A stretch of DNA of 64,000 nucleotides. Source: Vulcanimicrobiota bacterium (GTDB taxonomy: Bacteria; Vulcanimicrobiota; Vulcanimicrobiia; Vulcanimicrobiales; Vulcanimicrobiaceae). The translations under genes and the position numbers were made by a program. The stretch covers positions 736,001-800,000 of the forward strand of contig CAWHWQ010000001.1 of NCBI GenBank assembly GCA_963833095.1, in the 5' to 3' direction. Positions 18,231 to 27,303 of the stretch are shown here, one piece after another (position 1 is the first letter of the stretch; every line of letters starts with the position of its first letter). The notes beneath the pieces were generated by a model. It made no database searches, was not told where the DNA came from, and worked only from the letters and a program-made list of their open reading frames with translations.

Positions 18231-19847
18231 TCAATTCAGACGAAAGACAAACAAAGAATCGCCGACTGGCGTCCCGAGCTGTTGATTTCCTCCCGCTGCG
18301 ACAGCGATGTACTCACGGCCATGGGCCATGTAGACTACGGGCGGTGCATTTACACCCGCGCCTGTCTGGAATTGCCAAAGCCGCGCACCCGTCTTTGTAT
18401 CGAAAGCGTCAAAATGGCCGTCGCCCTCCCCCAAGAGAGTTAGGCCTCCCGCCGTAGAAACAGACCCGCCAACTATCCCGCTATCAAAGTCATCCTGCCA
18501 CACGATAGTCCCAGTTGAGACGTTAACCGCAGTCACAGCGCCATAGACGCGCTGCCACTCACGCTCCATTGCTTCAAGCGGGGTAGTCGCCGTCTTCTTT
18601 GACGCCGGAATCAAATGCTGCTCGGACAAAATCACGACGTACCCGAGGCGTGGATCAAAAGACAGCGCAGACCAGGTCGCCCGACCAGCCCATGCGCCCT
18701 TTCCCGCGGTCGAATCTAGTGACGACAGGCTGACCGAGCGCCGCAATAATTCTCCCGTGTCGCGGTTTAGGATGTAAAAGAAGCCAGTCTTCCCTGCCTC
18801 GCCCACAGCCCGCGTAGGGTTCCCCAGAGCATCATTCGTTTCGAAAAGCACGGGCGGAGATGCAACGTCGAGATCCTTTAGGTCATGCGGAGTCTGCTGG
18901 AAGTACCATTTCAACCTTCCCGTCGAAGCGTTAAGCGCAACGATGCAGTCGGTAAACAAATTGTCGCCGGGGCGCACCGTACCATCAAGATCGGGCCACG
19001 GATTTCCCGTCGTAAAATAGACGGTGTCTGTTCTTTGATCAATGGCTGGCGTTGTCCAAATGCCTCCTCCGCCACGCTTCCACGAGCCGGCGAACTCTCG
19101 TCTTAGGACGGAGGAGAGAGCACGACTATATTCGCCGGTGTCTGATCTGAGGCGCGGGTGCGCCCCGAACCAATGCTGAGGATCGGTCGCAAACCAACGC
19201 CACTGCAGTTTCCCATCGCGCAACGAATATGAACTCAACGACCCGCGAATTCCAAGGTCGCTGCCACCCAAACCGACGAGAACCGAACTTTTGTACACGA
19301 GTGGGGCCATCGTGATGCTGTAGCCGGCTGAATTATCGGCCATCCGAACACGCCATCTTATTGCGCCTGTCTTTCGATCGAGTGCGAGGAGCGAGCAATC
19401 TAGGCGGCCGACGACAACAAGATCCTGCGAAACCGCGACCCCTCGGTTTACCGGGCCGCAGCATTGACGGAATCGTCCCACGAGTGGCGACAACTTCCAC
19501 AGGAGGTGCCCGGATTCGGCGTCAAGCGCGAAGACGCCATCATATGCACTGGTCAGATATAAAACACCGTCGTATACAATCGGGCTGGATTCAAATGGAC
19601 CGAGGACGCCCGTTTGGAAAACGAAAGCTGGTACCAGTCGCCTAACATTCGCAGTGTTGATTTCTGCAAGCAGGGAGAAACGCTGATTCCCGTAGTCGTG
19701 GCCGTAGGTCGGCCACTCAGTGCTGGATGCTGTACTGAGCTCGTCGAAACGAAAAAAGGATTGTTCGCTGTTTAGCTTTGCCGCCGAACATGAAGGCTCC
19801 ATAACGATGATTGCCAGAAACGCAGTCAACAAAAAGCCGCGACGCAT
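18231..19847 (-). CDS. PQQ-dependent (quinoprotein alcohol) dehydrogenase-like beta-propeller
   Basis: WPTYGHDYGNQRFSLL.EIN..NV, vicinal CCGPVNRG, TGNPWPD..RPGDNLFT, WYFQQTPHDLKDLD, G..LWQFQTGAGV. Confidence 0.88.
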   Translation of the reverse strand: MRRGFLLTAFLAIIVMEPSCSAAKLNSEQSFFRFDELSTASSTEWPTYGHDYGNQRFSLLAEINTANVRRLVPAFVFQTGVLGPFESSPIVYDGVLYLTSAYDGVFALDAESGHLLWKLSPLVGRFRQCCGPVNRGVAVSQDLVVVGRLDCSLLALDRKTGAIRWRVRMADNSAGYSITMAPLVYKSSVLVGLGGSDLGIRGSLSSYSLRDGKLQWRWFATDPQHWFGAHPRLRSDTGEYSRALSSVLRREFAGSWKRGGGGIWTTPAIDQRTDTVYFTTGNPWPDLDGTVRPGDNLFTDCIVALNASTGRLKWYFQQTPHDLKDLDVASPPVLFETNDALGNPTRAVGEAGKTGFFYILNRDTGELLRRSVSLSSLDSTAGKGAWAGRATWSALSFDPRLGYVVILSEQHLIPASKKTATTPLEAMEREWQRVYGAVTAVNVSTGTIVWQDDFDSGIVGGSVSTAGGLTLLGEGDGHFDAFDTKTGARLWQFQTGAGVNAPPVVYMAHGREYIAVAAGGNQQLGTPVGDSLFVFRLN

Positions 19848-19928
19848 GCTCAGTACCCGTCCGCTCAAAAGCAACTCCCTAACGCGTCCAATACGCCCAC
19901 GAGCCCTTTGGCGCCTAGGTAGAAGCCC

Positions 19929-20771
19929 CTAGCGAAACACCGCGGGTTCACTGTACGAGTCGTAGTCGTCGTAGCGTACGCCGGCGAGATACAGCCCGTG
20001 CGCCGGCGCGGTCAATCCAGCGGCGCGACGATCGAGCGCCGCGAGAATGTGCGGCAGCGACGCCGGGTCGCGACGGCCAAGACCGCATTCGACCAGTGTG
20101 CCGACAATCGTGCGCACCATGCGGTGCACGAAACCGTCGGCGCTGATCGCCACGCGCACGAGGTCGTCGTGCGCGTCGATCGCGAGCGTTCGCACCTCGC
20201 GCACGGTCACGCCGCTTTCCGGTAAGACACCGCAGAACGATCGGAAATCGTGCTCGCCGATCAGATGCGAGGCTGCCGACCGCATCGCGTCGAGATCGAG
20301 CGGTCGCCGATACACGTGAAAGGCACGGCGCGCTAGGAGTGCGCTGCGATCGGGGCGGTTGAGAATAGCGTACACGTAGCTTCGCTCGCGTGCAGAGAAA
20401 CGCGCCGAGAATCCATTTGGCACGACGGCGACGTCGCGCACGCTGATGTCGTGCGGGAGCCTGCTATTGAGCGCGATAGCCAGCCGCTCAAATGGAAACG
20501 AGCGGGAGGTGATGCATGAAATCACCTGCCCGCTCGCGTGAACCCCGGTATCGGTGCGGCCCGCACCGGTGATTTTTACCGGCTCTTCGAAGAGTTCGCT
20601 CAGTGCCCGTTCGATTTCGCCGGCCACCGTGCGTCCCGATGCCTGCATCTGGAAACCAAAGAACGCCGTGCCGTCATATTCGACGGCACAGCGAATGGTT
20701 TGCGCTACGCGTTCACCGTCTGGCGCTTCGGTACGTTGCGCTTCTCGTCCAGATCCAACACGTCGGCCCAC
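19929..20771 (-). CDS. truA: tRNA pseudouridine(38-40) synthase; true start probably near 20705
   Basis: EYDGTAFFGFQ, GAGRTDTGVHASGQ, GEHDFRSF, MVRTIVG, TAPAHGLYL. Confidence 0.96.
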   Translation of the reverse strand: MGRRVGSGREAQRTEAPDGERVAQTIRCAVEYDGTAFFGFQMQASGRTVAGEIERALSELFEEPVKITGAGRTDTGVHASGQVISCITSRSFPFERLAIALNSRLPHDISVRDVAVVPNGFSARFSARERSYVYAILNRPDRSALLARRAFHVYRRPLDLDAMRSAASHLIGEHDFRSFCGVLPESGVTVREVRTLAIDAHDDLVRVAISADGFVHRMVRTIVGTLVECGLGRRDPASLPHILAALDRRAAGLTAPAHGLYLAGVRYDDYDSYSEPAVFR

Positions 20772-21148
20772 GTCGTTACGTCGGTGCGGTCCGGCGCGAC
20801 CTGACTGCGCAGCTCCAGAAAATACTTCCGCGAATCGTCATTGTCCGGTTCGTGTGCCAGCCATTCTTTATTCCAGGCCTCGATCTCTTGCGGCGATTTC
20901 TTGTCGATGAACGTTTTGACGTATGCCTGGATCTCGGCATCGCTCTTAGCGTTCTTGATCACGTTAAGCAACGCTTCGTGATCGATCCCGAGGAACGAAA
21001 AAACGGCTTGATCCATCGGGCAGTTATAGTGATACTCGCCGTTTTTGCCTTCGGCAAATGCCTTCCCCTTGTCAATGGTGCGACCGATCTGCACCAGTCC
21101 GAACAGCTTCTCGTGGACGCTGCGGGGATATGAAGTCGTTAGATCCAT
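20705..21148 (-). CDS. DUF5069-family protein
   Basis: ATG at 21148 with AGGAGA RBS; PRS...L.G...GRTIDK...GEYHYNCPMDQ..FSFLGI. Confidence 0.78.
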   Translation of the reverse strand: MDLTTSYPRSVHEKLFGLVQIGRTIDKGKAFAEGKNGEYHYNCPMDQAVFSFLGIDHEALLNVIKNAKSDAEIQAYVKTFIDKKSPQEIEAWNKEWLAHEPDNDDSRKYFLELRSQVAPDRTDVTTWADVLDLDEKRNVPKRQTVNA

Positions 21149-21172
21149 GGAGGATTCTCCTAAAGGTTTCGA

Positions 21173-21526
21173 TTGATAACGATACCCGTGACACCCTCGA
21201 ACGCACGCCGGTTTCGTCTGGGCGTTTTCGCGATATGCTGGCTGGTTGCCGCTGCCTTGCAAGTCTATGCGTCCGACGTCGGGACGCATGGAGAGGCCGT
21301 GGGGGCGTACGTGCCGGCCTGGTTGCTTGCATTCGCGGCGATCCCGGCTTGGACGCTCCTGGTGCCGGCGGTAGTCGACGGGGTCGCTGCGCTGTCGGCT
21401 CCGCGCTTTTCCGGCGGCGCCATGCGCGCGTTGACCATCCTGAACGCGACTGCCCTGGTTACCTACGCCTTCGTGAGCCTCGCGGTCATCTTTTACGTCG
21501 CCTTCGCCAACAACGGGATTAGCTAG
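21173..21526 (+). CDS. Hypothetical membrane protein
   Basis: Three hydrophobic segments; fills the gap between flanking genes. Confidence 0.5.
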   Translation: MITIPVTPSNARRFRLGVFAICWLVAAALQVYASDVGTHGEAVGAYVPAWLLAFAAIPAWTLLVPAVVDGVAALSAPRFSGGAMRALTILNATALVTYAFVSLAVIFYVAFANNGIS

Positions 21527-21684
21527 ACCGAGTTCTCGCATTCGGCGTGGCGGCACGAGCAGTGATCGTGCGGCGGGGCATCCGGATCCGCCGCGGCTTG
21601 CTCGCGACAGCGATCGCTGCAGTAGAACGCTCCAAGATCCACGTAGCAGGTGCACTGCGTGTGATCGCATTTCTGTCCGTCCAT
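21523..21684 (-). CDS. Bacterial metallothionein-like protein (53 aa)
   Basis: AAGGAGG RBS; 8 Cys and 4 His in CDHTQCTC, YCSDRC and CSCRHAEC. Confidence 0.78.
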   Translation of the reverse strand: MDGQKCDHTQCTCYVDLGAFYCSDRCREQAAADPDAPPHDHCSCRHAECENSV

Positions 21685-21695
21685 AGCTAGCCTCC

Positions 21696-23198
21696 TTAAC
21701 CGTGCTGGCGTTGCAGCGGGAAGAGTAGCACGTCGCGGATCGAGGTGTTGTTGGTCAACAGCATGATAAGGCGATCCATGCCGACGCCGATACCGGCGGT
21801 GGGCGGCATGCCGTACTCGAGCGCGCGGACGAAATCCCAATCCGGCTGGGGCACCTCTTCATCGCCTTGCGCGCGTTCGCGCACCTGCGCCTCGAAGCGG
21901 GAGCGCTGATCGTCGGGATCGTTGAGCTCGGTGAACGCATTGGAGATCTCCATGCGGTTGCAAAAGAGCTCGTAGCGATCGACCAGGTCAGCGTCCCCGG
22001 CTTTACGTTTGGCCAGCGGCGAGATCAGCACCGGGTAGTCGGTCACGAAGGTCGGCTGGACGAGATGTGGCTCGAGCACGCGTTCGAAGATTTTGTCGAG
22101 CGCGTGGCCGTGTGTCGGCGAGGGCGGCAGCTCCAGCTCAGAAAGGATCTGCGCCGCGCCTTTGGGATCGAGCAACCTCTCTCGCGTGAACTTCCCGTGC
22201 GAATAGATCGAGATGCCTTCGAGATAGCCGACCTTTTCAAACGGACGCGCAAACGAGATCAGTTGCTCGCCAAGCTGCAGATCCTCGCGGCCGCCGGTCA
22301 CCACCGAAACGAGATGCGCGATCAGCGCCTCGTTGAACTCCATCATGTCGTGCACGTCCCAGTACGCTGCGTAGAGCTCGAGCATCGTGAACTCGGGATT
22401 GTGGCTCGTGTCGATGCCTTCGTTGCGAAAGATGCGCCCGATCTCGTAGACGCGTTCCATCCCCCCGACAATCAGCCGTTTGAGATTGAGCTCGGTCGCG
22501 ATGCGCAACTGCATTTCTTCGCCCGAGAGCGCGTTGACGTGGGTGATAAACGGACGCGCCGATGCACCGCCCGCCACGTGCAGCAACGTCGGAGTTTCGA
22601 CCTCGTAGAAGCCACGGTCATCGATGAAACGCCGCGTTTCGGCAACGATGCGGCTGCGCATGATCATCGCGTCGCGCACGTCGGGATTCACAATCAGATC
22701 GACGTAGCGCTGACGGTAGCGCTTCTCGACGTCTTGCAGGCCGTGCCACTTATCCGGGAGCGGCATCAGCGATTTGCTCAAAAGTTCGAACGACCGGACG
22801 TGCAACGTGAGCTCGCCCTTCTTCGAGCGAAACATGAACCCGCGCACGCCGACGATGTCGCCGCGCTCGATGTCGTTCCACTCTGCGAAGCGATCGTCAC
22901 CCAGTTCGTCTTTACGCAGGTAGATTTGCAGTCGCCCGGTGCGATCGTGCAGATCCGCGAAAAGCGTTTTGCCGGCGGTGCGGATCGACATGACGCGGCC
23001 GGCGACGTTCCAGCCCTCGGCTTCGGCGTGCTGGCCCGCTTCGAGAAAGCCGTAGCGTTCGCTCAGTTCGCTCGCGGTCGCTTCGATTTCAAAGCGCACC
23101 GGCGCGAACGGATCGTGGCCGCGCGAACGCAGAGCGGCCAGATGGTCGCGTCTGGCCGCTATGAGTGCTGCTTCGGTTTTCCCGAGTTGCTCTTCCAA
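21696..23198 (-). CDS. lysS: Lysine--tRNA ligase (class II)
   Basis: RYRQRYVDL, GGASARPF, FRNEGID..HNPEFT, YGMPPTAGIGVG. Confidence 0.98.
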   Translation of the reverse strand: MEEQLGKTEAALIAARRDHLAALRSRGHDPFAPVRFEIEATASELSERYGFLEAGQHAEAEGWNVAGRVMSIRTAGKTLFADLHDRTGRLQIYLRKDELGDDRFAEWNDIERGDIVGVRGFMFRSKKGELTLHVRSFELLSKSLMPLPDKWHGLQDVEKRYRQRYVDLIVNPDVRDAMIMRSRIVAETRRFIDDRGFYEVETPTLLHVAGGASARPFITHVNALSGEEMQLRIATELNLKRLIVGGMERVYEIGRIFRNEGIDTSHNPEFTMLELYAAYWDVHDMMEFNEALIAHLVSVVTGGREDLQLGEQLISFARPFEKVGYLEGISIYSHGKFTRERLLDPKGAAQILSELELPPSPTHGHALDKIFERVLEPHLVQPTFVTDYPVLISPLAKRKAGDADLVDRYELFCNRMEISNAFTELNDPDDQRSRFEAQVRERAQGDEEVPQPDWDFVRALEYGMPPTAGIGVGMDRLIMLLTNNTSIRDVLLFPLQRQHG

Positions 23199-23239
23199 AA
23201 GGCGCTCCGCTCTAAGCTATAAACGCTTCTGGCGATCCC

Positions 23240-23767
23240 CTATGAGGCTTTCTTTGCGGCCTTCTTTGCCGAGGAAGCCGCGCTGCCGTTGCCATTACGA
23301 ATCCCGTCGATCTTGTACTTGACCACGCCGCGCGGGGTGGAGACATCGACCGTCTCGCCCTTCTTGTGGCCGATCAAGGCACGACCCAGGGGCGACTCGT
23401 TGGAGATGCGCTTGGCCGACGGATCGGCTTCAGCCGAGCCCACGATATGAAATTCGTAGCTCTCGTTGTTCTTGAGGTCTTTGACGTTGACCGTCGCGCC
23501 GATGTGGACTTCATCGCTGGCATATTCCGATTCGTCGAGGATCTTCGCGTTGCGAATCATGCCTTCGAGCTTCAAAATACGACCCTCGATGAACGCCTGC
23601 TCTTGCTTAGCGTCCTCGTATTCGGCATTTTCACTCAGGTCGCCGTATTCTTTGGCCTGGCGAATCCGGTCGTTGACCTCTTTGCGATGGACGGTCTTTA
23701 GCTCGTCCAACTCTTCCTGGAGCTTCTGCAGCCCCTCGGCGGTCAGGATGATCTCTTTATCGTTCAA
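23240..23767 (-). CDS. greA: Transcription elongation factor GreA
   Basis: GDLSENAEY, ISNESPLGRAL; TTG start. Confidence 0.96.
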   Translation of the reverse strand: MNDKEIILTAEGLQKLQEELDELKTVHRKEVNDRIRQAKEYGDLSENAEYEDAKQEQAFIEGRILKLEGMIRNAKILDESEYASDEVHIGATVNVKDLKNNESYEFHIVGSAEADPSAKRISNESPLGRALIGHKKGETVDVSTPRGVVKYKIDGIRNGNGSAASSAKKAAKKAS

Positions 23768-23871
23768 GGATGGACCCAGCGACCTCGTAATAACATAATT
23801 TTGGCGCCCGGTGAGGACGCTGGCGCGGTTTGTTTGGGGCGCCCGAAGCGTTCCCCTTCCTGACGGTGGCT

Positions 23872-25203
23872 CTACCCGCGTCGTGCCCGCCCGCGCCAGA
23901 GCGCAAATGGTATACCCAACAGGACTCCCGCGCAAGCGTATCCCGAAAGTTTGTGATCCTCCACCGCCACGGTGGCAACCAGGACGCCCAGAAGCGCGAG
24001 CGCCCCGGCAAGCGGCACGAGCACGCCTCCCAACCGCGCAACCGGCTCACCCCAGAAACGCTTGGCTGCCGCAAGAGCCGTGAGCACGAACAGTAGGCCC
24101 AGAAAAATGGAGCTTGCGTTCAGGACGAGCGTCAATTGATCGGCGGCGCTCTTGGAAAAACCCGTGACGAGCTCGCAGAGCGTCGCCAGCACGGTTACCA
24201 CGCCCATCGACCAGAGCGGCTCGTCGCGCGCGTCCAAGGCCCCGAGAACTCGCGGCAAGACGCCGTCGCGCCCCATCGCGTACACCGAGCGCGTAAGATA
24301 TAAGATTGTCGTCCAAAGCGTCGAGAGCGTGGAAAGCAGCACGGTCACGACGATCGCGACGCGCCACCACGGTCCGCCGAGCAGTGAGCCCACGTAGGCC
24401 AACCCGTCGGCTTGATTATCGGCGAAGCCTTGCAGCGAGCCCAGATGCTCGAACGCGTACATGCACGCAAGCAACACGAGGGTCGAAAACACGAGACCAG
24501 TGATGCCGCCCCGGCCCGAAGCGCTCGAGGTGTCGTTAACCTCTTCGCTGGTCGAGGCGCTTACTTCCCAACCGTCGCTCATCCAAACCGCAAGTGTCAT
24601 CGCGGTCACAAATCCGACGACACCGAACGATGCGGGCAAAAGCGTACTATGCGGCGCTTCGTGCACCGGCGCCGGCGCGTGCAATGCGGCGGCAAGCGCC
24701 GCGACGAGCAGGACGCCGATTTCAAGTGCGAGCGCGAGCAGCGTCACGAGCGCGGTCGGACGTACGCCCGCGTAGAGTAAGGCCGAGCTTGCGAGAATCC
24801 AAACGGCGCCGACAACCGCCGCCCAAACGGGATCTTGTTCGTGAGCCGGCGCGACCAGCGCGAGCGTATAGATTCCGGCCGGCACCGCGATCGCCATCGT
24901 CGCGAAGAAGTTCGAGAGGAGGAGCAGCCACGCGCCATAGGCGCCGGTATGCGCACCGAAGGCCATGCGAATCCAGGAATACGATGAGCCGGCGTTCGGC
25001 GCGACGCGCGACAGATACGAAAACGACACGGCGATGCAGAGCATGATCGCTGAGAGCGCGAGTAACGCTAGCGGCGCGGCGAATCCGGCCGCAACGACCA
25101 TCGGCCCCATGGTGGAAGCAAGCGAATATGCCGGGCCCATCGATGCCGACGCCAGCACCGAGATATCGAAGAAACGCAAAACGCGCGGGAGGCGGCGCGT
25201 CAA
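23872..25203 (-). CDS. APC-family amino acid/polyamine permease (in frame with the upstream gene in this sequence)
   Basis: MGPAYSL, PNAGSSYSW, GWEVSASTSEE, RSVYAMGRDGVLP; possible own TTG start at 25203. Confidence 0.85.
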   Translation of the reverse strand: MTRRLPRVLRFFDISVLASASMGPAYSLASTMGPMVVAAGFAAPLALLALSAIMLCIAVSFSYLSRVAPNAGSSYSWIRMAFGAHTGAYGAWLLLLSNFFATMAIAVPAGIYTLALVAPAHEQDPVWAAVVGAVWILASSALLYAGVRPTALVTLLALALEIGVLLVAALAAALHAPAPVHEAPHSTLLPASFGVVGFVTAMTLAVWMSDGWEVSASTSEEVNDTSSASGRGGITGLVFSTLVLLACMYAFEHLGSLQGFADNQADGLAYVGSLLGGPWWRVAIVVTVLLSTLSTLWTTILYLTRSVYAMGRDGVLPRVLGALDARDEPLWSMGVVTVLATLCELVTGFSKSAADQLTLVLNASSIFLGLLFVLTALAAAKRFWGEPVARLGGVLVPLAGALALLGVLVATVAVEDHKLSGYACAGVLLGIPFALWRGRARRG

Positions 25204-26106
25204 TGTCAGGACGATCACACGCGGATCGAGATGCAATTCGTGAAGCACGCGCTCGTAGTCAGAAGCACGGACGTCGTCCCATTTTTTACCAAGCAGCGCT
25301 AAAAGCGCGGCCTCGACCACGTTCGTTCCGAACGAGCGACCATCGAAGTCGGGCGTCGTGGTAATGAGCAGCGCCACCCCACGCACGCGCAGCTCCTCGA
25401 TGTTGGCTGCCGTCACCGTATTGGTCAACACGATCTTGCCGTCGAGCCGCTCCGGCATGAACTGTCGCATGAAGTGGAAGTCGCCCGCGATGATGTCGGC
25501 CTCGTCGTAATACTGTGGATATTTTGGCTCGGGCGGTTTTTCTTGTTTCTTGCCGGTCGGGTAGAAAAATTGAAACGGCAACTTGCAGGCGTCGGGCAGA
25601 TATTTCTCAGCCATCTCTTCGAAGGTGCGCAGATCGCGCACGGCGATATCTTTGTCGAGCGCAAAGATAAAATCACCGAAGAGGACGTCAGCGCCGGCGT
25701 CGACCAACGCCTGCGCCATGCCGAAGCGGTCGAGCGCGCTGACCATGAGCACGCGCTTGCCGCGCAGCTCGATGCCCAGGTCGTTCTGCATGTACTGCAC
25801 GGCGTTGCGCTCGAGCGTATTCTTCAGGCCGCTGCCGTCGACGACCGGTGTCACCTTCGCTGCCTGCAGCAGCCGCAAGCCGTCGCGCAGCGCATAGCGC
25901 TTTGACCCGGCGTAAAGGTACACGTCGATGCCGCCCAGCCCAATCGCGTCGACCGTGCCGTCGAGCTCGCGCACGCGAGCTATCGCTTTATCAAGCTTGC
26001 CGTCGACGCCCTCACGCGAGATATCAAAATCTTCGCCGAGAAGATTCACGACCGCACGATGGTCGCGCGTCGAGGAGCCAAGTGAAACCGAAACGATCTT
26101 CTTCAC
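25204..26106 (-). CDS. Conserved protein of unknown function, often labelled 'quinate 5-dehydrogenase'; no stop before the APC permease
   Basis: VSVSLGSSTRDH, DAIGLGG, PVVDGSGLK, GRSFGTNVVEA. Confidence 0.7.
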
Positions 26107-26127
26107 TTCAACGGCGCTCCGCCCTAG

Positions 26128-26160
26128 GCTCCGCGCCCCCCACTTCGTGGGGCCCCCACT
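26128..26160. repeat. GC-rich palindromic intergenic element (REP-like)
   Basis: CCCCAC-TTC-GTGGGG hairpin (26138-26152) overlapping GTGGGGCCCCCAC; single copy in this window. Confidence 0.35.
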
Positions 26161-26196
26161 GTAGGACGCGCCCGAACGACATTGCGTCGTAAGCCA

Positions 26197-27303
26197 TCAT
26201 ACTGCGAGACCTCGTCGAGCCTCTGCAGCCACTCTTGTGGCGGCGATTTTTTCGGGCGTGATGGCGGTGTCGAACGCGCGCATGTCGGCGAGCGAAAAGC
26301 CGCAGCGCGACGCCATCGTTTCGATCTCGATCACTTTGTTGACGTCGATGCCGCGGCCGAGCGTATAACATTCGGCCCGATTCTCGAGCGCGAGCACCAT
26401 CGTTTCGCTCATGCACGCAAGCGCCGTGCGGGGTGGCAAGTTGAGATCGAATTCCGTACCCGGCTCACGGACGCGTTCGAAAAACGGATCGCCCGGAACG
26501 AGCATGTTGCCGCCTTCGGTCACCAATACGTCGGGGCGCTCGAGCGCGACGCGGCGGCTCACGTCGTGCGGAAGCGAAAGCTCGCACACCACGGCGCCCG
26601 GCAGTAGGTCCTCGGGTTGGATGACGTCCTGCGTCGACGACGTCGCGGTGAGAATCAGCTGCGAGCGGCGCACGGCGTCGGAAATATCCGTGGTGTGCGA
26701 GACTGCGCAAGGTAGTTCGGTCTTCATCTGCTCGGCGAATTTTGCGAGACGCGTATAGTTGCGCGCGACGAGCACGATGTGCTTGACGTGCGGCGCGAGC
26801 AGTTTGACGCAGGCACCGCCGATCGAGCCGGTCGCGCCGACGACGGCGACCGTGGCCGTCGCTGGATCAACACCCATCTCGCGCGCGCCGCGGAAGAAGC
26901 TTTGAATGCCGGCCGCGATCGTGAGCGAATTGCCGGTGGTGACCGGGATTGGCGACCGTTCCGCCACCGTGATGCCGCCGTCGCCCACGACGCCGGTGAA
27001 CGCGCCTAAGCCCGCGACCTCAGCGCCGAGTTCGGCGCCAATCTCGATGGCGCGTACGATGCGTTTGTAGACCTCTTCGCGGGGAAACTCCATCATCTGC
27101 TCGGGGAACAACGGCGCCGTTACGAACCAGCCTTCGGTCTCGCGCCCGTCCGGCGCGCGCACGCCGGTGACGTGCACGGTCGCCCACGGCGGCATCCACT
27201 CCATGATCTTGCGAACGATCGGCGCGCCTTTGCCCGCCGCGCCCGGCTCGTAGCGCGCGACGTCTTCGAGCGAGAGCGGATGAATCACAAAGCAGAACTT
27301 CAT
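26197..27303 (-). CDS. Long-chain acyl-ACP reductase-like protein (often labelled shikimate dehydrogenase)
   Basis: FCFVIHP, GLGAFT, TTGNSLT, Rossmann VVGATGSIG, ACMSETMVLALE (matches the catalytic Cys motif of cyanobacterial AAR). Confidence 0.8.
   Translation of the reverse strand: MKFCFVIHPLSLEDVARYEPGAAGKGAPIVRKIMEWMPPWATVHVTGVRAPDGRETEGWFVTAPLFPEQMMEFPREEVYKRIVRAIEIGAELGAEVAGLGAFTGVVGDGGITVAERSPIPVTTGNSLTIAAGIQSFFRGAREMGVDPATATVAVVGATGSIGGACVKLLAPHVKHIVLVARNYTRLAKFAEQMKTELPCAVSHTTDISDAVRRSQLILTATSSTQDVIQPEDLLPGAVVCELSLPHDVSRRVALERPDVLVTEGGNMLVPGDPFFERVREPGTEFDLNLPPRTALACMSETMVLALENRAECYTLGRGIDVNKVIEIETMASRCGFSLADMRAFDTAITPEKIAATRVAAEARRGLAV

Noticed and set aside
15717..18283. Paralog pairs as a DGR template/variable repeat or a prophage remnant
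   Set aside because: Differences are not confined to adenines, and no reverse transcriptase or phage gene is present in the window
21867..23222. 451-aa plus-strand ORF
   Set aside because: Antisense shadow of lysS
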